DNA of 63,993 bases, counting the filler, from Streblomastix strix (taxonomy: Eukaryota): the NCBI GenBank assembly GCA_008636045.1. It is 4 parts of 4 records of this genome, joined end to end, with 100 filler letters (N's around TTAATTAATTAA, not from the genome) between each part and the next. Parts side by side here need not be neighbours in the genome. Positions count along the whole stretch, not along the records: positions 16,150 to 32,193 come from SNRW01000881.1; positions 32,294 to 48,332 come from SNRW01000882.1; 2 more parts are not named here. One strand, 5' to 3'. Positions 26,680-40,070 of the stretch are shown here, piece by piece (position 1 is the first letter of the stretch; every line of letters starts with the position of its first letter). The notes under the pieces are model-generated. The model worked only from the letters and a program-made list of their open reading frames with translations. It was not told the DNA's origin and did not search any database. The translations under genes were made by a program, and so were the position numbers.

Positions 26680-29240
26680 ATTGAATACCTTCAAAATTAC
26701 ATTCAAGCTCATTCGTTTCAAAATCATCCATTTCATTTAATTCATTTTCTAATATATTATCTATTAAATAGATATCTTTGGTTGAAGCTGCTCTGCAGGA
26801 AATTGCTGTCCAATCATTAAATATTTTCTCAAATTATTCACTACTCAATTTTTTAAGCCCATTGATACAAATATTCATAAGATATTGCAATTATTATTAA
26901 AAGATTTTATTCCTTTCTCTTCTTTTTATTATTTTCATCTAAGAAAACCCACTTTCGGGTAATGCATAAGTAAGTACATGAGTTAAGGTGATTTGAGCAA
27001 GAAGTCTGATTTTTAAATATCCCTATAATATTAGTTCAGAAACAGTTATTAATCAGACATATCCTTATGTGTAGTCTTTGAAACCATTTGAAAGGTTGTT
27101 TCGAATTTAATTCCATTACATTAATGCAATTTTCTGCAGCATATATTTCATTTAACTCTCTTTCTCGTTAATTTAATATTCCATATATTATAGCATATTC
27201 ATTCTTTCTTTTTTCATTTTTTCAATATCTTTCTTTATTTACACAACATCATTTATTATTGCTTTCTTTTCGGAAAATATTTATTTCACTTTTTTTTCAT
27301 CTATATTTCTTTCCAATTACCTCCGAAAAGCTTCAACTAAATTAATTATATATTTATCTCGATAATTAAATTTTGATTCAATTGAAGAAGTGGAGCGGAA
27401 AGGATTGAAAATTGATAATACAATAATAACTGGTACATCTTTAAATCTAAATTGAATTGATTAAATAATTAACAATATATATTTTTACTTGCATTTAGTA
27501 ACTTTCAACATATCCTCTTCATTATGATCATATATCAAGAATAAATATGGTGATTTACAGCTAATAAGCACTTTCTATTACTATTCAGAAAATTCATGTA
27601 AAAAGCTGAATTTCTATTGATTTGGACTTAAATCTTAATTTAATTTTGTTTCAATTGTTGTTTTTACTATTTATTTATAAAGTATCTAGTTACTTTTAAT
27701 TAAATTTTCATTATTATTATTATTCTCTTGCTGTCTCAGTTTAACGATGCAACCTTCAACATTTGTTTCAATTTGATCAAATGAAAATTCTGCCATCTGC
27801 ATCTGCTTAGATGTGACTGAGAGTAATTCCAAAATTGGATCCATTATGAATAGAGAAGTGAAAAATTTCTTTTTAGTTGTTCAATTTAATAATCCAACAG
27901 CGTTTGAGTTTCATCAAGTTACAAGTAAATCAAAAGTTTTTTATATTGAAATTAATTCCATTTCCGCAGCGGATACTGATTTATAGCGTGATAATCATCT
28001 TGTTAAACACATTCTTTTCAGGGAAATTTATTCTATTTCATAAATTATGTATATTTACTCCAATATGGCAGCATTCTTCTGAGACATTGAAATAAAATGC
28101 CACAATTATAAAAGTATAGAGTCCATTTTTGTATTTTTGATTCAATTCTTTATGTTCTGATGTATCTTCTGCAGCAAGTTGCCAACGATGAGCTACGCAT
28201 TAAAATGTTTATATACCTGGATTCTATTGTTTAATTTTTGATACCATTCCTGCTCCTTTGCCGACCATTGATGCTGAACCATCAGTATATATTCCGACAC
28301 AGTAATTCAGATCCAAGTTTTCCTCTTCAAAAACTGATTTAAATGTAGCTTTTAAATTCTCAGCTGTTTAACCTTATGGAATCAATTCTCTTATATCTAA
28401 GAAATGCGTTAAGATCTAATTGTAATAATAGAAGCGAATATACGTAATGAATTAATTAAGACTGGTTACATCCATTGATTCATCTAACATTGCTGACCAA
28501 TATGTGCAATTATCAACTTATTCAATTAATTCATTGGAAAGAACAGTGGATGTTGATTTAATAAAAGAGGAAACACTTTTACTTGAAAGATGACTAAATC
28601 TTTATAATATGTCTGATTAACCTTCTTCTATGACAAGCTCAGAAATTTTCGGAATTTTTCTATTTGAAATCTATTCTTTAACATTTCTATGAACTATATT
28701 TAACATTTTTTTGGCTCTTAACTTAAAATCATCTTCGCTCATGCAATTTGAGTCTATAACTTTGTTTCAACATATCATTTATGTGAAGGTCTTCCAATAT
28801 GACGTGCGAGAATATCAATATGTGTAAGTAGAGCTTCGTCATTGAAAAATGCTTATGATTCTATTCTTCTTTAATAAAAAAATTAACTGTAAATGTTGCA
28901 TAATATTCTTCCTTTTGGTCCTATTCCAAAAATTTGTTTCCCTTTCTTATCAAGGATTCTTGTGCCTTTAATCCACTCTGCAAATTTCGTTGTTTAATCA
29001 CTCCAGTTTATTTTCGATTGAGAAATGATTTGCGAATTCGAATAATTTTCATTTTCTATCTCTCAATCTTCAGAAGTTATAATTTTTCAGACCGTTAACA
29101 ACTATTCAATTTCTGCTTCTTCTTCAATTTCTTTAATCACTTTTAATTTTTATTATTATTTTGTATTAAATTGTAAATTGAATTTCAAAAACTTCTCATT
29201 TTCATCCGATTTTAATTTCAAATTACAAAAATTCATTATT
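26680..29240 (-). pseudogene. hAT-superfamily transposase, frameshifted
   Basis: WSAMLDESMDV (D1), YTDGSASMVGKGAGMV (D2), CVAH, and ALPESGFSQMKIIK (catalytic E in the C-terminal domain). Confidence 0.85.
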
Positions 29241-30169
29241 TTTATCATTTAAACTTGATAATATAGTTTCATCTTTAATCATTTCTTTTGGCTAATGAAT
29301 ATATAAATATTAAAAATATATTTTATTAAAAATTCAAAATAGATCGATTAATTAAATATCAAATATATATTATAGTTATTCCTGTTCTTTTTCATTTACA
29401 TTGTTCGAAATTTTTTTTTGTTTCAAACTCATTTCTTTCTCGGCTTATGTCTTCTAACTCTAGAAGATATTTTTAAATTTTATGTAATAGATATAAATCA
29501 TTCTAATAAATAAATTTCTTTAAAATAAATTATACTTTATGTATCATTTACAATTTTATCAAAATATATTTCATTGAATTTTTTGCTTTAGTTATATGCC
29601 TTTTGTAACAGTGTTCTAATTATAGATATAATAGAAAAGATAAAATTATTAATATATATTTATTTTGATGTTTAGAATAAATTATCTTTTCATAAATTAT
29701 AGATTGATCTAATTTGATTGGAAATATTTATTTAAATTGATTAAAAATTATATTTGTTGATGCAAAACATCTTGTGAATTTGAGAATATCATAAATTTAT
29801 TAATTCTAAATAGGTTTTTGTATTATTATTGAAAAAAACTAATCTTCAAATTAAAATACTTTGAAAATTTTAATTTTTTTATTTTTTTCAGCAAACGAGA
29901 AGTACAAAGTTAAATATGTAAATTAAAGTTAAAATATTAATAATTTTAAAAAACTCAAGTAATTTATTTTGATTTTGTGAAAAATAGATCCATAAATGAG
30001 GGTAGAAAACAGACATAAAAGAATTTTTGAATTTTATTATTCTTATATTTTTAGATTAATGAATATATATAAACAGCATGGTACAAATATTATATAGTCG
30101 AAACGAATTTTTTATTTATAGGAATTAATTCATTTTAAAAAATCATTAAATTAATAAATTGAAAATGAG

Positions 30170-30257
30170 AGGAGTATGAACCCCACAAGTTTGGCGTAGC
30201 TTGTTCACAAAGTTTGGAGTAGGGCTACGCCATACAGCACCCTTTGGAAAAACCCTG
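30170..30257 (-). repeat. hAT 5' terminal inverted repeat (CAGGGTTTTTCCAAA) with subterminal TAC(G/T)CC motifs
   Basis: The minus strand reads CAGGGTTTTTCCAAAGGG from 30257, followed by four GG(C/A)GTA/TACGCC motifs. It lies upstream of the transposase and abuts the DIRS break. Confidence 0.65.
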
Positions 30258-31745
30258 GTTCCAAGACTTACTTATAATATGTATCATTCCGTCCTTCAGT
30301 GAGTAATCTCTTGATCTGCACAGTCTCGAGAGTGAATCTGTTGTCGAGATCAGTTTCCCTGGGATGTAGATTGTTGTGATTTATAGTTAAAGTCTTTTCA
30401 CTAGATAAAATACTTGCTTTATTCTTTCTGTCAGGGATTCCTTCGCTTTCCATTTCCCAACATCGTTGACTGCTGTTGTGTTGTCTGAAAGTATCAAGAC
30501 TGCCTGATCTTGCATCTTCTTAAAGACTTGCTCGAAACGGAGTAGCCCGTAATAAATAGCATTAATTACTTTAGCGTTACTTGTCATTTCCGCTTCCTTT
30601 TCGCTCCAACAGTCGTGTTGAATAAGTTCTATCTAGTTTTCGTAAATCAGCGTCGCTCCCCAGCCTTGTGGTGATGCATCTGTTGTTAACATGCATGTTA
30701 TTGTCCTATTAATCAATGATTCTGGTTGGTTATCCCCTATTCTCCTTAACGACCATTTCAATTCTTTTATTACTACTTCGTTCACTATCATTACTCCATC
30801 CCATGATTCCGTTTTTAACGCTTGTATCTTCACTTTGTCTAATTCTGTTAGATACAGAGACGCTTCTTTTATCTGAGGTCTCAGAAAGTTCAATCTACCT
30901 ATTAGCGCTGCTAGTTATTTTATCTTCACGCTTTTGCTCTTATGTATTGTGTGGCACCAGTCCTTCAATGCATATATCATTTTCAACTTACTTTCTTCTG
31001 ACATTCTTATATTCATTTCTTTCAGGTTCCATATCCATCCCTGGAATGTTATTATCTATTTCGGTTCTGCTTCGCACTTCGCTGTTGATATTGTACATCC
31101 GAACTATTCCAATGTTCTCATAATTTCTATTTTTTATTTTAAATATTTATTTATCTTATTGGATTAGAAGTATGTCGTCGCAATAGTTCAGAATTTTAAT
31201 TTCTGAATGTATTCTTATTTGTCTAAGGATTGATTTTATTGCTTCTTCGAAGAAGATTGTACAATGTTCAATCCCAAAAGGCGCTGCCTTACATGTGTAA
31301 TTGTTACTGATGAAGTTAAGTGCAGTTTATAATATTGAGTTTGAAAATACTACGATGCGGTGAAATGCTGATTTGAGGTCGAGGGATGTGGCTTAATCCA
31401 TTTAGTTCGCTAAATATTGGATTTCTTCTTGTCCATGCATTTTGAAGTGTAAGTTCTCTATTTCCTTACTCATTTTGCTCCCATTCAGAATTTTTCTCCA
31501 AACTGCATTAGATTTCTTAATTAGGAAGGAGCGATTTAAATATTTCACTTAGTCTTGTTATATTGGTACTAATATCCGCATTTCCAATTCTTCTTTCAAT
31601 ATCTCTTGATATGCTTTGTTTTCTTCTAGTGTTCCTATATATTGAATTATTGTTTTATTCATTTCCAATTTTTATTAGCAATTCTCGTCTTTAACTCTCA
31701 GACAGAAACTTTTATTAATTGATGTTTCTTTGATCGTGAATCTGT
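30258..31745 (-). mobile_element. DIRS-like retrotransposon relic (family B): RT and RNase H
   Basis: SLDLKSAFH, APFG, LNYCDDILL, RLNFLRPQ, TTDASPQGWGA, LSDNTTAV, HIPGK...DSLSRL. Confidence 0.87.
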
Positions 31746-32193
31746 TCTAATACCAGAAATCAAAATAGTTATAAAATCTCCAACAATTAAGAGGCATTAA
31801 TGTGAGAATAAGCAGTAGTCTACCCCAGAGCTTAACAATGATGAATATTATACAATTATGTTCAACATTGCTGAATCAAATCAACTAAAAGAACAAACAT
31901 AATCACCTGTACCAGTTCAAAAATCGAAATAAAAACCACAAAATCCGCTGTTTGATGTTGAAGATGCTGACGATCTGTATAATCTTTGGACATTCATTAA
32001 AAAAGGAGCAAAGAAGGACAAGAAGGACAGTAGTTATGAGAATATGGAGAGTGCCCCACATAGAAAAATAAAATAAATAATGTTAAATAAAATAATGATT
32101 ATAAAATAATGAAAATAAATAATACTAATAAATAATGCTAATAAAATAATGTAAAATAAAAATATTCACTTGATTAAAATTATTGTTGGAAAA

Positions 32194-32293
32194 NNNNNNN
32201 NNNNNNNNNNNNNNNNNNNNNNNNNNNNNNNNNNNNNTTAATTAATTAANNNNNNNNNNNNNNNNNNNNNNNNNNNNNNNNNNNNNNNNNNNN
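32194..32293. other. Artificial contig linker
   Basis: N44-TTAATTAATTAA-N44. Confidence 0.98.
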
Positions 32294-32294
32294 T

Positions 32295-33540
32295 GATTAA
32301 GTGATTGCATTAGTTGGAACCGATGGTCCTAATACATATACTATATTTTGTTATATCGATTAAAACGGGATATATATTGTATATAATAGACAGATTCCAT
32401 CAAATACTGCTCTCATATTTTATATAATTTATTATAAATGGTATGAGTCATCAAAGAAAATAAATTACGATGCGAATAATGACGGAAAAACAGACATTAT
32501 TGATACATAGAATGTTATTGGAATAAGTTAGTTTGAAGCATAATCGTACGTATATGAAACAGTGAAAAAAATAAACAAATTTAATCGAAGCAAGTGTTTA
32601 AGGACTAAATAGAATTAATTATTTGAACAGTGAAATTAAAATATTGGATGAATTTGCGAAGTATAAAGCAGATAGAGCAACATATTTTGTTAAAGATTGA
32701 CCGTTTATCATATATAGTTTTGGAGCAAAATTAGCATAATTAGAAGCCAATTCTGAAACATAATAAATTATATATAAATTTTTTTCGATAATCAGTAAAA
32801 ATGTAATACTATTTAATACGAAACATATGCCTATTCATGTAGAATAATAAGAATTTTCCGCTATGTGTTTGTTCAAAGATATGTATGATAAATCGTCTGC
32901 GGTATAGGTCGCCGTTAGTGGATAATTAAATATTTTTGATTGTGAATATCAAGGAATGTATGTCATTGATAACTACAACAACGAATCAGCATCTAATGAA
33001 GCATCTAATGAAGATGTAGATTCACGTATCAATTAAATAAAAATGAAACATGAAAAATAATTAGGCTAATCTCCACAACCACAATATACGAAAACAAATA
33101 TATTCAATTAATTCATAATCAATTATTTTTTCCTCTCATCAGCTTATAATATTTTCTATATCGTTGATGATAGCACTTGCAGAGTACGCGTATTCAATCT
33201 ATATTTTGAATCTAAAGGTTTGCAAGGGAGAACATAAGAAGTAGGTCGAATTTCAGATTCGATAATAATTGCTGATGGTAAAAATTTGCGCTTCCTTGCG
33301 GCTATATTAAGAACATAAAGCAGAAGATAGAATAATTTTTCTGTGAATAATTTTATTGCAAATGCTTAATTTAAAATGCAATACTTTTAATTATCATAAT
33401 CATAAGAGTCAATACCATAAGATTCAGCTGATATCTTTAAATATTGTGAAAGTAGAATGTATTATTTATGAAAAATAGCATCAACAACTTCAATTAAAAG
33501 CAATATTTTAGAACGAAAAATATGAACAGCTAATGAATGA
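32295..33540 (+). pseudogene. Hypothetical viral protein(s), decayed
   Basis: Long TAR=Gln frames (32295-32633 and about 32632-33471) with few TGA, running up to the boundary repeat. Confidence 0.5.
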
Positions 33541-33635
33541 CTTTTGACTGGACCGTGTGAATTGGGTGGGTCGTGTCCGAAACTTTCATCAAATACTGTT
33601 GCCAGCCTGCAATTCTGCCAGAAGTGAGAAAACAT
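33533..33635 (-). repeat. Bipartite module-boundary repeat (divergent 9-mers)
   Basis: Reverse complement: TGGCAGAA TTGCAGGC TGGCAACA GTATTTGATGAAAGTTTCGG ACACGACCC ACCCAATTC ACACGGTCC AGTCAAAAGTCATTCA. Confidence 0.8.
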
Positions 33636-33692
33636 TAATAAAAAATCATTTATTCAAATCCAAAATAGTACATATAATTTTTTATTTATATT

Positions 33693-34019
33693 ATAAATAA
33701 ACTTTCGGCTGAAGGCATCTTTTCAAAAATCAAATAGTTAGCTTAAAATGTAGGGAAGGATCTTTAATGTGCTAATGATAACGTTTATAAACCGTTTGTA
33801 AAACCATTTGTTAAACCAATACTTGGAGCACAAGGTCCTGTCGGCTAAACAATAGGCAAAGGGATACATGTTGCTAGTTCATTTCTTGATTATGGCTATG
33901 GTGCAGATAAAAATGGCTAATTTGGATAAGATTTTGAAACGTTAAGAAACGACGAATATTTAAAATAAAAATTACCCATTGGTATACAGAGTCGAAGAAT
34001 ATAATTATAGAACATATGA
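33693..34019 (+). CDS. Small viral protein (~105 aa) with an N-terminal amphipathic helix; no ATG start seen
   Basis: LSAEGIFSKIKQLAQNVGKDL...VYKPFVKPFVKPILGAQGPVGQTIGKGI...; open to TGA at 34017-34019. Confidence 0.6.
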
Positions 34020-34077
34020 AAAATAATAAAATTATGTTCAATTTATTAATAGTTAAAAATATTTATTTTTTTAATGT

Positions 34078-34178
34078 TTTCTCAATTATTGGCCAGATGT
34101 CCAGTTGGCCACAACTTTTTATAAAAGTTTCTGACTCGAAACACTCGGAACACTCGGTGCAATCAAAAGTCATTCACT
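34078..34178 (+). repeat. Bipartite module-boundary repeat
   Basis: TGGCCAGA TGTCCAGT TGGCCACA ACTTTTTATAAAAGTTTCTG ACTCGAAAC ACTCGGAAC ACTCGGTGC AATCAAAAGTCATTCA. Confidence 0.9.
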
Positions 34179-34301
34179 ATCCATTCCATTTTCTCGTTCC
34201 AAAAGCATGTACTTTTATATTTCATTAACGATGTTTCATTAACGATGAATCAATAACGAAATTTCTTTAATAGTTTTTTGTTTTTATATTGAATGTTAAA
34301 G

Positions 34302-36013
34302 ATGAATAGATTCTTAATGAAAGCCACACATTTGCAACAAGCAGGGACCATTGAAGAAATATATTTAGGTAATGCCGTTGTTCCATTCACTAATGACGGA
34401 GAACATCATTATTCCATCAAGGAAATTAAACCAGAATCTTAAATACCAGCATTATTTGATAAGGAGATAATCATTAGTTTATCAGACACAGACCGCGACA
34501 TCACATAGATATAAAATTCGTTCTTGTTGGTAGTGCTAACAGCAAAAATCTAAGTCGATGATAAATTTAATAAATTTGACGAACAATATAAGGATGGATT
34601 GGTTTTATTTTTAGGTCTCAAATCAGGTTCAAATCTTATTAGAGAATATACCATCTATCATAGAGGTAAAATCATTGATGGAAATCTATTGAATGTCGTA
34701 ACAACCGAATCATTTATTTATAATACAATCAAGCCAAAAAGTGAGAAAAATAATAGAAAACATATTCTTTCCCTTTATGAGTATATTCATAAATTTGATA
34801 CGTCTGGGTGTGGAACAAATATAAGTATGCGAGAGATTGAAGAGCTAATAGGAAATCAAACATCAGTTCCAAACACAATTCCAATACTTTTCAGAGTTAG
34901 TATTACATTTGATGACATCTTGATATTCTCTGCATTTACTGATTATCCTAATGGCTTATTTGGTGATTTAAAAATGTAATTCAAAATAAATCTACTAGCA
35001 TTCTTTTTTTGTTAAGTGAATCCAATTATTTCAATTACTAAGTATTATACAATGAATAAAGATGAGTTATTGGGTAGTACTCAGTAGAAGTTAATGGATA
35101 TTGATTTGATATTCAAAAATTGGAGTTTCACATTTTAATATATTAAATAATTTACATAACTTGGATGCACTGCAGATCTGATTACAGGACTACATTTGGA
35201 ACCATTAATTGAATCAGGATTGAAAAACTTAGTATGCAACATCAAACCTGTTACCATTAGCATAAAAATTATTATTATTACTGAGATATCGGCTAATATC
35301 GCAGATTACAAAGCTACTGATGCATGCATTAATCGAGTCCGTTAATTCTACAGCTAACGTCCATTAGTTGTTCCTGCACAGTGAATAGAAATATGGCCAT
35401 TACTAACGTCTGCTACATTAACGGGAATATAAACATCTTAAAATATTCCTCTATCTCACTTGAAGGATTTCTGTCTTTTATTCCTGAAAGATGCAAGAGC
35501 TACGACTTGCTTTGAAAATCCTTGCTACTAAAACATATAAATAACTACCTTTGGTCACAACTTTTCAGATATGTTAATGAATACTCTTGACTAAAAATTC
35601 TTCTAAATTTAAATCAATGCATCAAATCTTTACCTGTTATTCGAAGCCACTGATGAATTTGAAGATTCTTTAGCATCGCCAAGAAATACAGCGACTCGAA
35701 GACTTAATTCTAGCATAGATTTAAGAAGTTTTTTAAATATACTTTAATGTGAAAGGAACAGCAAAGGACCATTAATTTTCGATGGACTATACACTCAGAA
35801 CTAAAACACTTCTGTCGAACTAAGAGGAGTACCAATATATCAAAGAGCAACAGATTCATATTTTAATGAAGATTCCTGTAGAAAGTGACCACCACCTCCA
35901 ATTCTATGTAAAGTTAAGATTCATTTTGGTTGTTTTCACTCGCTGCGGGCGGAAGCTGCATATATGATACAAACCATTCATTTGATGAAGTTATTGGACC
36001 ACTTAGTGCTTGA
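34302..36013 (+). pseudogene. Candidate major capsid protein (~570 codons; two internal TGA and one late frameshift)
   Basis: Long beta-rich frame (LFLGLKSGSNLIREYTIYHRG; DDILIFSAFTDYPNGLFGDL; VVPAQ; TTCFENP). Size and context fit a double-jelly-roll MCP, but the assignment is inferred. Confidence 0.6.
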
Positions 36014-36142
36014 AATAATTGAACCATTAATTGAGAAAAAATTTTATTTTTTTATTTATATATAACTAACACCTAAACATTAATACAGTTAATTAAATAG
36101 GTCATTAGTTATATTGATTATTTTTTATTTATTTTATAATAA

Positions 36143-36760
36143 ATGGCTTCGAATATGACTTCAGTTTAAAATTTAACATAATATACTTTAACAGAAAATG
36201 ATGGAGATGTTATCGCTCAGAACGATTAAAATGGAGTTGGTTTTGCATTACCAAACGCGTTTGTAAATTCAGATAGTTAAAGAAAAATAATATTCTGTTA
36301 ATATCATTGTTCAAATTAAGGTTCTGATGCCGGCATTTCTGTTCACAGTTCAATATTTCAAGAAAAATAATAATTCGATTAATTTGTGAGCTGTTGTAAT
36401 GAATAACGAGTTTATAAGCCTTTCATCCAAAACAATCACAACAGATATTTATGCATATGGCTCTGTTAGAACTAAAAATTTTTGTATATAAATTAATAAA
36501 TAAATTAAAATTTAATCCTGAATTGATGCCGGAATATTGACTTAAATTATTTATTTTTCTAAGGACTAAATTTTGACGATCAATTGACTCGTAATTTTTT
36601 TGTTCAAATAGATGGTCAGCTCAATTTGAGCCAACGAAAATTAAGATAAAAATACTCATTCATTCGAGTCTGGCGGAAAAACTGCGGACCAGTTAATGTT
36701 CGAACAAATATTATTTTAAAATAATTCGTTTTATTTTTACAAAAAATCAACTTTTTATCT
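36143..36760 (+). pseudogene. Candidate minor capsid (penton-like) protein
   Basis: MASNMTSV...GFALPNAFVNSDSQRKII...ISVHSSIF...DQFVSCCNE; directly follows the MCP candidate. Function is inferred from size and position. Confidence 0.4.
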
Positions 36761-36771
36761 GTGTATATAAA

Positions 36772-37626
36772 ATGGAAGCAGAATCTGCAACAACACTATA
36801 AATTATTTCAAACAACGAAATTTTCACTGTTGGTTCTTATGTGATGTTCGAAATAATAATTTGAGATAAGGATGGATACATAATGCTTCAAAATTAGTTA
36901 AAAAATAAATGAACGAGAATACACAAACAAATAATTAAAAAATATAACAAGGCACCACATATATAGAGATTACAAATAATTTTTGAATGAATAATTAGCT
37001 GGTTCACTTATGAGCCAGCATTTTCTTGAATACCAATTAAAGAATAAACACATAAATGATATATGAAGTACATATATTCATAAAGATTTAATAAATATAA
37101 TATGTATGAAAAAATCAATAAAATATTTATATCTTGCTAATTAGATAATGAATGTATTTAATGAACGTATATAGGTCGAATTCTAAGCTCAAGATGATTA
37201 GACATCCATGGCTGATTTAGCAGAAGAAAAAGTTTATTTAATAATTGAAGAATAAAAAGTAATAATAAATTAAAAAGATAATGAAATAAAACAATTGGAA
37301 ACACGTGCTGTTCCAGACGGTTATCAAACAGATTATGTATTCGCAGTTCAAGTTTAAGATGTTGATTAGAACGATAACGTTGTTCTTTACATTAGAAGGA
37401 GAAATAAATTTTGGTACGTGTAAAAATTTAATAAGAGAGTTAATGAATAGTCAATTAATCTATGAAAAAATGCCAATAAGTATGTAAAAAAAATTAAGAA
37501 ATAAAAGATTAATTATAAGAATTATTTGGACATTAAATAAATTTTCAAAAATGCAAATATATCTTTAATCCTGAATTAATGGAAGATGTCAATAATTTTG
37601 TAAAGCATAAGATGAAAAACAAATGA
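36772..37626 (+). pseudogene. KilA-N domain DNA-binding protein
   Basis: II*DKDGYI/ASKLV (GYINA.KL motif with a 1-bp deletion) and TYIHKDLINII, followed by a coiled coil. Confidence 0.75.
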
Positions 37627-37677
37627 ACAATAATTTAATTTATTTTTGTTGAAATTAAAAAGAAATATTAATATTTT

Positions 37678-38020
37678 ATAACAGAAAAAACAATTAATTC
37701 TCTTCAAAATTATAAATAGAAGCGGATGAATAAGAAGATATTCCACTCACGGAGGGGGTCAAAGGATAGACTAACAAGGCTAAATATTTTGAGAGTTTAA
37801 ATGATGTCAAATAATTTATATCCTAAAATCAATAATAATTATCTAAACTAACAACGAAAAATTTAAATAAATTGTATAAATTAGAAGGCTATAAATTATC
37901 AAAAATATAAGATCAACTATGTATCAAAACTTTGGCTAAAAATCAATTGAATTGGATTGAGTATAAATTAGACTAGTTATTGGATGTTCTGAGTCATTTA
38001 GTTTAAGCGCTGAAACGAAT
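37678..38020 (+). pseudogene. Small conserved hypothetical viral protein
   Basis: KYFESLNDVKQFI...KLYKLEGYKLSK...LCIKTLAK...YKLDQLLDVL; its 3' part is conserved at 8625-8760. Confidence 0.55.
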
Positions 38021-38052
38021 GATTTTTGAGTGTTCCGAGTATTCCGAGTCAA
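38015..38052 (-). repeat. Partial module-boundary repeat (9-mer half only)
   Basis: Reverse complement: TGACTCGGAATACTCGGAACACTCAAAAATCATTCG. The orthologous site at 8758-8845 is complete. Confidence 0.75.
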
Positions 38053-38115
38053 ATTGGTTCTATAATGAATACGATAAATAATCGGAAGATAGAAAATAAT
38101 AGAAATAAATTCGTT

Positions 38116-38907
38116 TCATATTATTTTAGCAACTGTTCCACTCATTTCATATTATACCACTAATGCTTATTATTTAGTTATAAGTACATACTCATACCAT
38201 ATTGTTTTTTTATCTGATGGAATAGATGATTAGTAGAAAAATTTTTAAAATTATAATCTATTATATGAACCGAAGAACCATAATGAATCAAAATTTGAAT
38301 TAATTGCAGTGTCTAAACCAATGATATCTTATAAACAAAGGAAATATATTATTCTAGGCTATCGGTTCTTATATATTTTCAAAAAATAATGGATTATTTT
38401 TATTTTTAAATGTACTCATTGTATCATCAAATAAAACAATAGTATTAGGAAATTTATCGTCAAAATTACCTCCTCCACTTGCTCCAAACACATTGGTTAA
38501 TATATCATCTTTTGATTGATCTGATAATTTTTTTTTATAAATATTTTTCTTAAATTTCATCGTACGCTTTTTTTTGAATTCTATCAAATCATTCAGTACT
38601 TAATCGGCTTCAGCATATGGAATAATTTTATAGGTATTTTAATTAAATCCTTCATCTTTTTATAAGTGGTGTCATTATTTGAGTCGCTGACGTATATGAA
38701 TAGTGTATAACAATGCTTTTATAATTAGCTCAACTAAACTAACTCTTTGAAGACATTGTATGTCTTACCACTACCACGCAAATATTTCAATAAATTAATA
38801 GAATTATACGTAAAATTTAATTCTTTATGATTAAATATTTAAATTTCGTGCTTATTCACTTTTATTTCTTTTAACATGCTATCAACTTTTTATGTTAAAC
38901 TCGCCAT
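38116..38907 (-). pseudogene. A32/FtsK-like DNA packaging ATPase
   Basis: Walker A RGSGKTY, Walker B TIVLFDD, arginine-finger/sensor NRQPRIIYFLCLQD; frameshifts present. Confidence 0.88.
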
Positions 38908-38950
38908 TTTTATTATATATAATACTTTTTTTTTATCGATTATAAATAGA

Positions 38951-40041
38951 ATGGCGACATCATCAGAATAACAAATATAGAAAATACTCAATGAAGAAGA
39001 TAGAAACGCAAGGAGAGAATTTGAAGCTGAAAAAAGCTAAGGTGCAGGTTGTTAAGGTTTGATGGAAGTTGATGGAATGGAGGATGATTATGATTATTAT
39101 GAATCACAACCTGCGAGATAGGACAGGATGAGATCACGAGCAAAACCGTTTGGTAGGCTGCCGTTCCATCCAAGTATGATTCAAAGAACAAGAAAGCATG
39201 GAGGCCCATAATTTAGAGAAAAAGCAAGGGATGTTCTTGTTACACTTGTTAGTTATTTAAACAGAGATATTAAGAAGATTAATAGGTTATCTTCTGCCGA
39301 TAGTGCTCAAAAATATATAAATAATAAACTTTTAGGCAAATTATTTAGTGTATAAAAATATGACATAGATGATAATGAAGCAACTCCTGAAAATATGGTT
39401 GTTTATCATAAGAAAAAGAAAGCAATTTATTCAATTGATGGTTATACAACAGCTGTAGGATTTGGAAACTCAGAACAAAAACATTAAAGATATTGAAAGA
39501 AATAATATTATACGGATGTTAATGATTTAGAACGAACAGCATTGTCAGCTAAATTAAAATAATAAGGAATAAAAAGTGGTCCTTACATGAAATAGCTATC
39601 AATAACCAAGCCTTATAAAGTAAGAGAAATAAAATTTCATAGTTTCAAAGCATTTGCTATCGATGAAAAAAAAATCTTGGACCAAAATGAAGGTGCAAAT
39701 TTGCCAATAGATATCAATAACAAATAATGACATCTGTTTGGAATTCTGTATTTATTACTCCTGCTGTTGGAATATTAAAAAACTAAGATGTTAAAATAGA
39801 TTTATATAACAGAATTAATAAAATAAATGTAAAATTAGGAGATTACGAATATTATTCAAATGCTAAAAGAATATATAAGAAAGAATTGCCTGCCGTTATT
39901 GCTCAACTATATACTGATTAACAGATTGGTAATAAAATTACATAAGCTCTTGCACATGCATTGTAATATTATGGTGATATTATAGCATAGATATAACAAT
40001 AGATTGGTGGTTATGACTTAGCTAATTACAAGTTCGTTTGA
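38951..40041 (+). pseudogene. Conserved hypothetical viral protein
   Basis: MATSSEQQIQ...DDYDYYESQ...YSIDGYTTAVGFG...GGYDLANYKFV*; homologue at 9687-10778. Confidence 0.7.
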
Positions 40042-40070
40042 AACAATAAACATAATTATTTTTTGTTAAT

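Noticed and set aside
32066..32160. Degenerate ~14-bp AATAAAATAATG tandem repeat at the contig end
   Set aside because: It is a low-complexity AT-rich minisatellite, with no evidence for a telomere or other function.
35382..35888. TGA reassigned to Trp or Sec in viral genes
   Set aside because: TGA terminates intact genes here, internal TGAs co-occur with frameshifts, and several fall at positions where Arg is expected.
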